A stretch of 58,062 bases of DNA from a virus (lineage: Duplodnaviria > Caudoviricetes). How positions within the stretch are numbered: position 1 is the first letter of the stretch; each line of letters opens with the position of its first letter. Positions 30,016-40,372 of the stretch are shown here, piece by piece. The stretch spans positions 1 through 58,062 of IMG/VR virus record IMGVR_UViG_3300037608_000036; one strand, written 5' to 3'. The notes beneath the pieces are model-generated. The model had not been told where the DNA came from. It worked only from the letters and a program-made list of their open reading frames with translations, and did no database searches. The translations under genes and the position numbers were made by a program.

Positions 30016-31146
30016 ATGTTCATACTTCGACAAAGCACAGTAAAAGATATAAAGCTTGGTCCGTTTGTGGATAAAACTGATGGTGTTACCTATGAAGTCG
30101 GCATGGCCGCTGCAATGGATCATGCCACCACGGGAGTAAGGCTTTCAAAGAATGGAGCGGCCTTTGCAGACCGGGCTGAAGCAACAGAACCAGTCTATGA
30201 CGCATTTGGCTACTACCTTGTAAAGCTGGACACGACCGACACAAATACAGTTGGAACGCTGAAGGTTATCTTTGGCGATGTGGCTGTGTGCCTTCCTTGT
30301 GAGGCCAATTTCCAAGTTATCGAAGAAGCTGTTTTCGATGCTTTGTATGCCGCTTCTGCAGCAGGCTTTGGCACGGCACAGACCGGCGATGCCTATGCTA
30401 TTGTCGCCCATGCTGATTATGGCAACGCCAAACTCGTCCGTTCCACCACTCCGGCAAACCCGCTTGATGTTTCGGCTACGGGCGAAGCGGGGCTTGACTT
30501 TGCGAACATCAAAGACGCAACCGGGCCGCACACCCTGGCCAATATCACAGTCCCCACAGTAACGACCACGGGAACTTGCACGACCAATACCGATATGAGA
30601 GGGACGGATAGCGCCATGCCTGCCACCGAAGACGGGTCGAGCTTCACGGCTTTGCCTGCCGTCACCCTGGCCAACGGCGCACACGGCGGGGCAGCGGCCA
30701 CGATCGCCCTGCAAACGCCCATTAATGCCAATGTGTCCAGTCAGAACAATATCGATTTCGGGGCAGCGCAGAAAGCGAGCATCACGGCGGCAGTTCCTAC
30801 GGCGGCGCAAACAAGAGCCGAGATAGATACGAACAGCACGCAGCTTGCGGCGATTAAGGTTATTACAGATGCCCTCACGGCGGCGGCGGCGGCAAAGCTG
30901 GCGGCAAGCGCGGGGACGATTGTATCAGCGGCGGCAGCGGCCGGAACGCTATCGACTACGCAGATGACAACCACGCTGACGGAAGCAACAAACGACCACT
31001 ATTCGGGACGTGTCGTAATTTGGACCTCCGGGGTTTTACAGAATCAAGCAACCGATATAACCGACTATGACGGCGCAACCAAGATGCTGACTTATACGGC
31101 TGTAACCGAAGCGCCCACAGCAGATGACACTTTTATAATCGTGTAA
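30016..31146 (+). CDS. Ala/Thr-rich virion (tail-associated) protein
   Basis: RBS; 'LRQST....LGPFVD.TDG' N-terminus; 'TEAP...DTFIIV' end. Confidence 0.65.
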   Translation: MFILRQSTVKDIKLGPFVDKTDGVTYEVGMAAAMDHATTGVRLSKNGAAFADRAEATEPVYDAFGYYLVKLDTTDTNTVGTLKVIFGDVAVCLPCEANFQVIEEAVFDALYAASAAGFGTAQTGDAYAIVAHADYGNAKLVRSTTPANPLDVSATGEAGLDFANIKDATGPHTLANITVPTVTTTGTCTTNTDMRGTDSAMPATEDGSSFTALPAVTLANGAHGGAAATIALQTPINANVSSQNNIDFGAAQKASITAAVPTAAQTRAEIDTNSTQLAAIKVITDALTAAAAAKLAASAGTIVSAAAAAGTLSTTQMTTTLTEATNDHYSGRVVIWTSGVLQNQATDITDYDGATKMLTYTAVTEAPTADDTFIIV

Positions 31147-31153
31147 AGAATGA

Positions 31154-31612
31154 ATGGCTATTTACACCCAGCTATCGCCAACAGCGACACCCGGAAAACG
31201 GTACAGCTTTCTACCCAAAGACGAAGCGATATCCGAATCCGGACCCCACACCGGGAACTTTACGGCGCTTTCGGTAACGGGAACGCCGGGGCAGATTCAT
31301 TCGTTTCTGGCAAAGACCGAGGTTACGCCGGAAGCCGGGCCGCATACCGGAAGATTCACAGCCTTGTCGGTCTTGGGGCTTCCGGGCGGGATCAGGGTTT
31401 TTTCGGCAAAGACAGCCTATGTGCCGCCGGTTACTCCGCCGGTCGTTCCTACAGTACCGAGCTATGGCGGCGGCGGGGGTTCATTTTACGGTGTTCAGCA
31501 GGATTATTACTGGCGCAAAAAGGAAGAACTCAAACAGCTACTTGAAAAAGAAGACAACGAACTCATGGAAATCATTCAAATCATAGTAGCGAGCGGGGTA
31601 TTAGATGGCTAG
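31154..31612 (+). CDS. Hypothetical protein with three short internal repeats
   Basis: (F/Y)T(A/Q)LS...PG....F..K repeated three times. Confidence 0.6.
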   Translation: MAIYTQLSPTATPGKRYSFLPKDEAISESGPHTGNFTALSVTGTPGQIHSFLAKTEVTPEAGPHTGRFTALSVLGLPGGIRVFSAKTAYVPPVTPPVVPTVPSYGGGGGSFYGVQQDYYWRKKEELKQLLEKEDNELMEIIQIIVASGVLDG

Positions 31613-34600
31613 CCTTGCCAAATGCATAGAGATTCATAAACTATCGAAGTTTGAGGCCGATAAATTACAGGCATCCGCCAAAGCCTACCGGGACGAAGGG
31701 TACGCCGGGAAAGATGCGAATATCGGGGCGGTGAAAGACGCTATCCGAGACCTTGAATCCGAGAGGGCGGACATCCTACGGCAGATCGGGGAGAAAATTA
31801 AAGAGGCCGAGAAACAAACCAAACCCGGCAAGGCATGGATTAACGACCAGCAGAGGCCCATCTATGCCGTCAAAACACTTAAGGACAAGCGGAACAAAGG
31901 AAAGGTTGTCGTTACTCTGGACATGGGGAAGGTCAAGAAGATTGATGAATCTAAGATTATTGAGTGGCCGGGGGCTCCCGTTAAAAGATTCGATGTCGGC
32001 AAGGCCCTAACCAAAGAAACCGACAAAGGTACTGCCTTATTCTCCAAGCGCACCTTCAAGCCCTCGATAGGATCACCTGTCAGGTTACACTTGCCAGGCG
32101 ATAAGCATGGCAGGGATGGTATAACCGGAAAAATAGAAAAAAAATCGGGGAATACTCAGTGGCAAATCAAACTTGATAATCGTCCCGGAAGCATGGTTCT
32201 CAGCGAAAACGAATTTACCGTTATATCTTCAGAGGCATATCAACATCCGTCACCAGAAGAAAACACTCGTCTTGTTGACGAGTTCATAAACAGCAAAAGG
32301 GGCGGGAAGATAACTGTCGAGCGCCCGGAAGCGGGTGAAAGAATATGGCGGGTTATCTGGGACAGCCCCACCGTTGATATGACGCCGAACACATTATCTG
32401 ATGTTAATCTCGCGGATTCCGATGACACATTCCCGGAACTGAGGTCTATCCACGTTACGCATGATCCAGAGTATTGGAGAGATAAACTCAAAGAAGACTA
32501 TGGGCGGGACGCGCGAAGTCATATAATCGAAATAGAAACGATGGAAGGCGACGCCATTACGTCAGACCCACAGTATGCTATCCCTGATGAAGATGGCCAC
32601 GTGGCCCATAGTGCTATTTTGGTAACATCAAGAAAGGTATTAAAACGGCAAAAAATACCTGGTGAAAGAGTTTTCTTTCAAAGACGCACCTTCAAGCCCG
32701 TTGACGTGGAATCGCCGGAGTTTAAACGATGGTTTAAGGAAAGCGCAGCCACGGAAGATGGCAAGCCGGTTGTGGTGTATCACTCAGGATCTTTCAGGGC
32801 GGAGGAAGATGGTGGATTCATAATTGACGAGGATGGCGGTATTCATTTTGGAACAGAAGATGCAGCCCGCGCAAGGATAGGCGGAAAGGCTGTTGATGAG
32901 GCATTATCGAGCATAGAAACATTTCAAACCGATGACGGAACCTGGAGTTATGCAATAGATGGGGTTGAATATGGCGACGGGTTTGAAACAGAAGATGAAG
33001 CGTATGCCGATGCCGAGGAAATGGCTTCACAAACTGAGGCCAGCGACGAAGATTATGACGAATCATCCATTACGCCGGTTTACTTGTCAATCCAGAATCC
33101 AAAGGTTGTTACAGATCAGGGAACAGAATGGACGGAAACGATAAAAAAAGCCAAGAAAGAAGGCCATGACGGAATTATCTACACGAATCAATACGAAGAT
33201 AAGGGGTCATTTTCTTATATCGCCTTCTCCCCCACCCAAATCAAATCCGCCGTATCAAACACCGGGGAGTTTTCTTCAAGTGATCCGAGGATTCAGTTTT
33301 CGAGACGACAGCTTGACGAAATAAATGCTTACGACGACGCCCTGTACGTTCACGAATACCCATCCACCTACGGAAAAGGGCCGCTATCCGATGAACAGAA
33401 AAGAGTCAGAAAGTTAGGGTATGGAATCAAAAGCCTTGACCCGGATGCGGTCAAAGAAGTTGCGGGGGAGTTGGCTGATTTAATTCCGGGCGACAAATCA
33501 AAAGCCATCCTTATACCTATACCAGGCCACACAGGGGAGACAGCCTCAAACCTTGCTATCGCAAACAGAATTGCCAAAATTACCGGGGCCAAAGTTAAAG
33601 ACGTTCTAAAGCGGCAGGTCGGGCCAAGCCAGAGAGATCAGCGCCTTGCCGGAAGGCGGACCATGCGGCCGGAAGAATTTGGCATGGTATCGCTTGATAA
33701 CGGCAGGGTTTTTGTAAAAAATGAGAGATACAGCGAAAAGCGCGGCGAGGACGGGCCATTCCATGACGCCTGGGTTCTTTCTGATAAAAATGGAAACAGG
33801 GTCAGTCAATTAAGGTTTACGTCGGAAAGCTCCGCAAAGAAAGGGGCCGACAGAATTAATAAAACTGCGCTGTCCAATGTCTATTTTGTTGATAACGTCA
33901 TATCTTCCGGTGCGACGATCCGGGCGGCCAGGGATGCTGTAGGCGGCGGCAGGGGCCTTGTTTATGCGAAAGCGAATCCAAAGGGTACGAAGTTTCAAAT
34001 GCGGACACCAGCCGTAACCGACTTCATCACCAAGTGGGAAAATAAAGGCGTCAACATAGCCGTTACCGAAACCGACAAATCCCTTGACCTTCTGACTCTG
34101 ATCGTCCCTGAAAACATGAGGGGCAAGGGGGCCGGGACGGACTTTCTGAATGAGCTGGTCAAGCTATCCGACAGAACCGGAAAACCGATTGAGCTTTTAG
34201 CTTCGGAACCCGGAACGGCAAAAGCCGCGGCCGCCGAAAAACTAAAGGACTTTTACGGACACTTCGGGTTTGAAGTCACGAAAGAAGAACCGGACGGCTC
34301 AGGGTACTGGATGGGACGCTGGCCGGCGAACATAATCAGTGGCGCCGATATTCAATCCTTGACTCCGCGCGAGAAAAATGTTCTAACCAAGCAGGTCAAA
34401 CTCAGACAAAACATTTCAAACCCGACCGACTCAGACCTTGCCGATTTTCTTGACGATGCCATTTCAGATAATGGGCTTCGCAACGGCTTTATCGACAGGA
34501 TTTTCAACAAAATAGGAGGGGAAACCGATGCCCTGTATTTATCTAAAAGACGGGACCCGGCTCAACCTACGGGAAGGGGCCTTGCAAGACGAAGGCTTCA

Positions 34601-37600
34601 AGAGGGCCTTAAAGAGTGGGGTTATCGAAACACTGATACAATCTTTGTCAAAGCACTCGGACTCACAAAAAAAGAAAAAGATGTTCAAAAAATCGCCAAA
34701 GCGTTAGGCTTTGACCTCTATTATTTTAAAACCACCGATCCTGGCATAGACCTTATAAACGGGGTTGTCCTTTCAAATTATCCCGATGTCGTATATGTTA
34801 ATTCCAACACCCCGAACCCGTTAATTCAAGTCACAGGGCATGAGTTTGTCCATTTCCTGAAAAGAATCCATCCCGATCTTTACTACTTCCTTGACGATTG
34901 CCTGAAAAGGAACGTAGTCGATTTCAAAACGTATCTTGACAAGCTGAAAAAGGACTTCCCGGACTATCCATTCACAAAGGAACGGGGGAAAGAAGAACTC
35001 TACGGCGATTTTATAGGCGACCAGTGGACCAAGCCCGAATTTTGGAAAAAACTCAATCAGGAAAACCCGTCCCTTACCAGAAGACTTGCCGACTTCATCA
35101 ATTCAATCATCGAAAAAATCAAACGGGCGGTTAAGAGATACATCCCGACCTCAGAAAAGTATTTCAAAGATATTGATTACGCTCAGGACGTGATTGCAAA
35201 GGTAATGAGCGAGGCGGCTTTAAGGGCCGAAAAGGCTTATGAGGGGAGCACCCGGGGCAACGTATCTCTTGATGAAAATGAATTGTTTATCCCTGGTAAA
35301 TACGATGAAGTGAACCCGATAGAAAATATCCAAGTGGTTGACAGAAAGACAGCAAAAGACACGCCATCCTTCTCCCGGCGTACCAAAGACGACCTTTCGG
35401 CAGACGCACTCCTTGAAAGATACTTCGGTAAACAGGCGGTTCAGCCAATGCCTGCTGCGCTACCGTCTGATATAAAACCCCAAAGGGCTATTGACATCGA
35501 AAAAGAGACCGGCAAAAGCAAGGTCGCATTTGAGCCAAAACATTTTGACCTGTCCAAAGAGGGAGTAAAAAACCTTGCTGTAAAAGCCTACACGTCCTTT
35601 TTCATGCAGGAGTACCCGGTAAAGCGTTTCTTTGCCAAGGCTGGACCCGAGGCAGAGAAGGCGGGAGAAGAACAGATCCGACGCATGCGCGGCGCTGGCG
35701 GGATTACCGAGGCCATCCTAACGGCCAATAGTAAGACGCCTTTTATCGAACTCGCTAAGGATGGGGTTACAGAATACTCTCATTTAGGGGAAACCTCGCT
35801 TCAGAAGATTTTAAAACCCCTTAACAATAAGAAACTTTATCAGGATTACGAACGGCTGAGAGAGGCCGAAAGGGATCTTGCTCTTTCCGTCTTCCGAAAA
35901 GATGACATAGAAAAGGGGAAGCTCAAAGGGATTGACCCGGACAATTCGCAGAAAGTGATCAGCCTCTTAAAGGCCAAGTACGGGGCCAATGGATTCAAGG
36001 GCCTTCGGGATATCTCGCGCGAGCATACCCGCTTTGAACAAGATGCTGTTTTAAAAACCCTGCTGAAATCCGGCTGGATGTCTCAGGAGAGTTATGACGC
36101 CATTACGGACCGTCCAGAGTCTGAATTTTACGCTTCCTATTTAAGGGAAATGGAGGACGTTGAAAAAGAAAATGTTGGCAGCGGCGGAGATCCCGTAAAA
36201 AGGATTTATGGATCTGAAAAAAGAAAAATCCCGTCAACTGAAGGGACTATCGGGAATATCCTCCGCACTGTCAGGCTGGTTGAAAAATTACGTCTGAATA
36301 AAGCCGTGGTTGCTATAAAAGACTTGTCTCCTGAGCTTGAAAAGATGATCACCGAGAAAAAACCCCGGTTTAAAGCGGTTACAATCACTTTCCCAAAAAG
36401 AGACGCCAGCAATAAATTCATAAAGGACGCTGACGGCAAAAGAGTTTATCAAACAAAAAAGGTTGCTGTTCCCGTCGGGCCTCCGGCTAACACAATCACC
36501 ATTGCCGAAGATGGGAAAAAGAAATATTACGAGCTTCCTTCGGACGTTATGAAGGCCATAGATAATTATTCGCCAAAGAGCGTGAATGTTGCCATTAAAC
36601 TGATGTCTTATCTGACAAGACTTCTCCGGGCGGGCGCTACGTTGTCATTCGAATTTATTGTTAGAAACCCTGTTCGTGACCAGTTTTCCGCATTTGTCTA
36701 TTCGAAGTATGGGTACAATCCTACCGACTTTGTAAAAGGGATCTTTCACGCAATCCGTATGGACGATCTTTACAAGGAATTCAAAGCCTCCGGCGGGGAA
36801 AACTCATTCTTTGTTTCTTTGGACAGAGAAGCGGTAAACCTTCGCGCCAGAGATATGACGGGAATCGGAAATAAAATAAAGTATGTCAAAAATCCCGTTG
36901 AGGCCTTGAGGATTTTATCTGAATTTTCCGAAAAAGGAACCAGGGTAGGGTTATACGCAAAAGCCAGAAAAAAAGGCGCGACTATCCAAGAGGCCATGAC
37001 GGAGGCCAGGGAAGGAACGCTTGATTTCGGCAGAATCGGGACGGAAAAGGCTATGAATCAGATAATAGCCTTTTGGAATGCGAACCTTCAAGGAACTGAC
37101 AAGCTCTTTCGGGAGAGGAAGAACGGAAAGGCAATGATGAGGGCTGTTATGGGAATTACCATTCCGTCAATCGCCCTCTGGATGCTTAATCATGACGACG
37201 ATCGATACAAAGAATTGCCAGCTTGGAGGAAGAACTTTTTCTGGAATATCATCATTGACGACTGGCCCATTATCTCAATTCCAAAACCGTTTGAACTGGG
37301 AATCATATTCGGGTCTTTGCCTGAGCGAATTCTTGACTGGATCTTCCTGAACGACCCGGAGTCCATGAAAGACATTGCGGTTGCGGTGGGAGAAGCGGCC
37401 ACCCCTGGGCTTATTCCGACAGCGGCTTTACCCATTATCGAACATATCACCAATTACAGCTTTTTCCGTGGACAAAGACTTGAGCCGCAGAGCATGGAGA
37501 ACCTTCCCAACTGGATGCGCTATGGGTCAGGAACAACGGAATTGGCAAAAAAAGCAGGGAGGTTAATTGATGTCTCACCGCTTAAAATCGAAAACTGGGT

Positions 37601-38072
37601 ACGGGATTGGACGGGTTCTCTTGGTTATAGCGCACTATCTGGCTTTGATAAACTTTTTATGGGGGATGACATCCCTGATGTTGGGAAAAACTGGTATGAA
37701 ATAGCTCCCGGCATTAAGGGTTTTGTGTCCAGGGAGCCGATAGGGTCCGGATCAAAATCCGTTGAGCAATTCTACGAGAACGCTAAAGAAGTACTTTCGG
37801 CAGACGCCGGCGCAAAGTTCCTATCCAAAAGCGCAGACCCCGAAGAATTTCAGAAGTTTGCCAAAAAACAACGGTCACAAATTGCCGTTGCCACCGGTGC
37901 ACGCAAGGCGCTTGATCAGATGTCTATGGTCCGTCAAAATATACAGAAAATAATTAATGCAAAAAACGTTTCTTCCGCTGAAAAGAGAAAGCAGATTGAC
38001 AAGCTAAACGAATTGATTACGAAACGGGCGCAAGCCTTTAATAAGGTCTACGACAAAATAGTAAAGGAGTAA
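31605..38072 (+). CDS. Large polyvalent protein (ART-like, PRTase-like, GNAT, zincin peptidase and LPD38-like domains)
   Basis: 'FKRWF....GKPVVVYH' (ART-PolyVal-like); 'LIPIPGH..VYFVDNVISSGAT' (PRTase); 'RGKGAG..FY.HFGF' (GNAT); 'GHEFVH' (HExxH); 'IPKPFELG' (LPD38-like). Confidence 0.8.
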   Translation: MASLAKCIEIHKLSKFEADKLQASAKAYRDEGYAGKDANIGAVKDAIRDLESERADILRQIGEKIKEAEKQTKPGKAWINDQQRPIYAVKTLKDKRNKGKVVVTLDMGKVKKIDESKIIEWPGAPVKRFDVGKALTKETDKGTALFSKRTFKPSIGSPVRLHLPGDKHGRDGITGKIEKKSGNTQWQIKLDNRPGSMVLSENEFTVISSEAYQHPSPEENTRLVDEFINSKRGGKITVERPEAGERIWRVIWDSPTVDMTPNTLSDVNLADSDDTFPELRSIHVTHDPEYWRDKLKEDYGRDARSHIIEIETMEGDAITSDPQYAIPDEDGHVAHSAILVTSRKVLKRQKIPGERVFFQRRTFKPVDVESPEFKRWFKESAATEDGKPVVVYHSGSFRAEEDGGFIIDEDGGIHFGTEDAARARIGGKAVDEALSSIETFQTDDGTWSYAIDGVEYGDGFETEDEAYADAEEMASQTEASDEDYDESSITPVYLSIQNPKVVTDQGTEWTETIKKAKKEGHDGIIYTNQYEDKGSFSYIAFSPTQIKSAVSNTGEFSSSDPRIQFSRRQLDEINAYDDALYVHEYPSTYGKGPLSDEQKRVRKLGYGIKSLDPDAVKEVAGELADLIPGDKSKAILIPIPGHTGETASNLAIANRIAKITGAKVKDVLKRQVGPSQRDQRLAGRRTMRPEEFGMVSLDNGRVFVKNERYSEKRGEDGPFHDAWVLSDKNGNRVSQLRFTSESSAKKGADRINKTALSNVYFVDNVISSGATIRAARDAVGGGRGLVYAKANPKGTKFQMRTPAVTDFITKWENKGVNIAVTETDKSLDLLTLIVPENMRGKGAGTDFLNELVKLSDRTGKPIELLASEPGTAKAAAAEKLKDFYGHFGFEVTKEEPDGSGYWMGRWPANIISGADIQSLTPREKNVLTKQVKLRQNISNPTDSDLADFLDDAISDNGLRNGFIDRIFNKIGGETDALYLSKRRDPAQPTGRGLARRRLQEGLKEWGYRNTDTIFVKALGLTKKEKDVQKIAKALGFDLYYFKTTDPGIDLINGVVLSNYPDVVYVNSNTPNPLIQVTGHEFVHFLKRIHPDLYYFLDDCLKRNVVDFKTYLDKLKKDFPDYPFTKERGKEELYGDFIGDQWTKPEFWKKLNQENPSLTRRLADFINSIIEKIKRAVKRYIPTSEKYFKDIDYAQDVIAKVMSEAALRAEKAYEGSTRGNVSLDENELFIPGKYDEVNPIENIQVVDRKTAKDTPSFSRRTKDDLSADALLERYFGKQAVQPMPAALPSDIKPQRAIDIEKETGKSKVAFEPKHFDLSKEGVKNLAVKAYTSFFMQEYPVKRFFAKAGPEAEKAGEEQIRRMRGAGGITEAILTANSKTPFIELAKDGVTEYSHLGETSLQKILKPLNNKKLYQDYERLREAERDLALSVFRKDDIEKGKLKGIDPDNSQKVISLLKAKYGANGFKGLRDISREHTRFEQDAVLKTLLKSGWMSQESYDAITDRPESEFYASYLREMEDVEKENVGSGGDPVKRIYGSEKRKIPSTEGTIGNILRTVRLVEKLRLNKAVVAIKDLSPELEKMITEKKPRFKAVTITFPKRDASNKFIKDADGKRVYQTKKVAVPVGPPANTITIAEDGKKKYYELPSDVMKAIDNYSPKSVNVAIKLMSYLTRLLRAGATLSFEFIVRNPVRDQFSAFVYSKYGYNPTDFVKGIFHAIRMDDLYKEFKASGGENSFFVSLDREAVNLRARDMTGIGNKIKYVKNPVEALRILSEFSEKGTRVGLYAKARKKGATIQEAMTEAREGTLDFGRIGTEKAMNQIIAFWNANLQGTDKLFRERKNGKAMMRAVMGITIPSIALWMLNHDDDRYKELPAWRKNFFWNIIIDDWPIISIPKPFELGIIFGSLPERILDWIFLNDPESMKDIAVAVGEAATPGLIPTAALPIIEHITNYSFFRGQRLEPQSMENLPNWMRYGSGTTELAKKAGRLIDVSPLKIENWVRDWTGSLGYSALSGFDKLFMGDDIPDVGKNWYEIAPGIKGFVSREPIGSGSKSVEQFYENAKEVLSADAGAKFLSKSADPEEFQKFAKKQRSQIAVATGARKALDQMSMVRQNIQKIINAKNVSSAEKRKQIDKLNELITKRAQAFNKVYDKIVKE

Positions 38073-38077
38073 TTCTA

Positions 38078-38938
38078 ATGGGAAATCTAATTACATCGAC
38101 CAGTGTTTATTTCGGTAGAACCCCTTCTTCCGCCGAAATCGCAGCCGGAAAAGTGCCCGATGGCGTTACGGTAGACATTGCGGCGACCGCCGATGCTTCC
38201 AGCGCATTGTTTTTACCTGTACTTTTCAGATCTGCAAGCGAAGCGGAAATTTACAAGAAAATCAGGGGTAAATGGCTGACCTCTCTACTGACAACCCCGT
38301 CATTTCCCGGACCGACAAACCTTTATGGCCTTTACATCGTGGAAGGGGTCACGGCAACGTCTGATTTTGTCCTGAACTCTCCCACATTGGCGATCGGCAC
38401 AACGACAACCCACGTGTCTACGGTGGCATTTAACTTTGTGATTAACGGGGTCCAGTATTACAAAGCGGCGGTTGCAGCCGGGACCGCTCCGGGGAATGAT
38501 GTCATTGTCCAGAGCAAATACGGCGCAGTCGCATTTGACATCGGAGCCAACGGAACCATTGACGCAATCGAGGCCACGGACCAAGTAGCGCAAGAGTTCA
38601 CCACGGCGGCGGCGGCGGTTGCAGCCCTGCCGGCAGCGGCGAGCGATCACGTCCGGCTTGGATGGGTTACGGCGACCAAATCAGACGGTGCGTTTACTTT
38701 CGGCGGAACGGCTTTAAGTGTGGGGAACACAACTGTTGTCTATTATTCCACCGTTCCGCAATTCGACATCCTGGGCGGGGCCGGACAGAACCGATCAGCG
38801 ACAGCAGCGGAAACGACACAGCCACGGAACTCAGACGGGGACAATGCTTACCATTTCGTTTCTGATTCCCTAATGGTGATCCCGGTCAACAATTCCGTCA
38901 ATTCAGCGGTCACGACAATCAAGCTGAAATTCAATTAA
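38078..38938 (+). CDS. Virion protein carrying the shared ~125-aa domain
   Basis: AAGGAG RBS; central region matches the insert in 16885..19104. Confidence 0.65.
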   Translation: MGNLITSTSVYFGRTPSSAEIAAGKVPDGVTVDIAATADASSALFLPVLFRSASEAEIYKKIRGKWLTSLLTTPSFPGPTNLYGLYIVEGVTATSDFVLNSPTLAIGTTTTHVSTVAFNFVINGVQYYKAAVAAGTAPGNDVIVQSKYGAVAFDIGANGTIDAIEATDQVAQEFTTAAAAVAALPAAASDHVRLGWVTATKSDGAFTFGGTALSVGNTTVVYYSTVPQFDILGGAGQNRSATAAETTQPRNSDGDNAYHFVSDSLMVIPVNNSVNSAVTTIKLKFN

Positions 38939-38947
38939 GGGGGGCTT

Positions 38948-40372
38948 ATGAAACGCATCCTCTCTTTATTTTATACCTCTATGACTTTCGGCGGCGGGAT
39001 TCCGGGACAATTTGTTGGCCCGCCAATGGCCAGATGGTCAAAACATGGAACCGTCACCCAGGCCAACCTTCGCCTTTCAGCCGTTGACGGCGCGGCGCAC
39101 GTGGATATCTACGGCTCTTTATGGGACGGATTAAAAGGCAGGTGGGAAGCAGATAATTCTGGCGCAGATACAAGCGGCTACGGGAATACTGGTACGTTGA
39201 TAGGCGGGGCTTCGTGGGACACAACTGCAAAATTTGGAACTCATTCCCTGCTTGTTGATGGTATAAATGGCAGGCTCGATGTTGGCAATGCTGCGCCTTT
39301 GAATCAGTTTGGAAATGGATCGTGGTGGGTGTCGTTCTGGATGAAGTCGGGGGCGACGATTAAAAATTTTGGTAATATATTAAGTAAAAGTACATTTGTT
39401 GTACGTTCAAATGGCACAACAAATCAGTTAAATGTATATATTATAAAAGGGACTGGGGAAGTAGTCAATTTTTCAGTGGTAGGACCTGGCGCATCAAACA
39501 TATTTGATCAAACTTGGCATCATATAATTTTAGCAATAGATCGTTCCGAAGACCTATTAAAGTTGTGGGTTGATAAAGTTCAAAATGCAACAAAAGCAGA
39601 CATATCCACTTTTCCAGTAGATGGGAGCAGTGCGTTTAATCTCTTTTGGGGATCAAGTCCTGCAGGAAATTATCCCTACGATGGCCGCCTCGACGAAATG
39701 CACGTTTACCAAGGCATCCCTACGCAAGCGCAGATTGATGCGCTGTATGATAATTTTACCAGCCAGAATGTTCTGACCGGCAACCTTACGAAAAAGCTGG
39801 AACTCTACGACTCAGCCGGGAAGAAGCTCGCGGGGTATATTGCGGCGGCGGGAGACGGGGAAGACACGGGGGCGGCGCTGAATGTGAGTAATTGCATCAA
39901 CGCTTCTTACGATACTTTTGACGGAGCCTCAACTACAGGTTTCCACGTTATTTCAGATGGGATTGGGACTGCTCGTGCTGGAACGGAGGACGAAATTGCA
40001 GTTACTGCCAAATGGCTGATGAAATACACTTTCACGGTCAGTGTTACTTCTGGGGAAGCTCCGAACGTGCGACTATTATCAACTTTTGCCGGGACAGTTT
40101 TAGGCCGTGGACTTGTTAGTAGCGCTGCTGGCGGGAATACAATCTATGATGTTATTACCGTGTCTGCCACTGGTCTTTTACAGTTTCAAACTGCATCTGG
40201 TGTTGCAGCAGAATATACCATCGCCAATCTTGCCGTGAAGCAAGTCACCGGCCCCTCCGACACCGGTGTAACTATCGAATCAGCCCCAGGTGCGGGAGAT
40301 GGGATTTGGACAAGCCAGGAGGCGGGGTTTAACTACAACGCTACATCTTACCGATACAGGATAACAAGATGA
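38948..40372 (+). CDS. LamG/concanavalin-A-like lectin domain virion protein
   Basis: 'DTSGYGNTGTL', 'VSFWMK', 'WHHI', 'LWVD', 'YDGRLDEMHVY' LamG signature. Confidence 0.8.
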   Translation: MKRILSLFYTSMTFGGGIPGQFVGPPMARWSKHGTVTQANLRLSAVDGAAHVDIYGSLWDGLKGRWEADNSGADTSGYGNTGTLIGGASWDTTAKFGTHSLLVDGINGRLDVGNAAPLNQFGNGSWWVSFWMKSGATIKNFGNILSKSTFVVRSNGTTNQLNVYIIKGTGEVVNFSVVGPGASNIFDQTWHHIILAIDRSEDLLKLWVDKVQNATKADISTFPVDGSSAFNLFWGSSPAGNYPYDGRLDEMHVYQGIPTQAQIDALYDNFTSQNVLTGNLTKKLELYDSAGKKLAGYIAAAGDGEDTGAALNVSNCINASYDTFDGASTTGFHVISDGIGTARAGTEDEIAVTAKWLMKYTFTVSVTSGEAPNVRLLSTFAGTVLGRGLVSSAAGGNTIYDVITVSATGLLQFQTASGVAAEYTIANLAVKQVTGPSDTGVTIESAPGAGDGIWTSQEAGFNYNATSYRYRITR

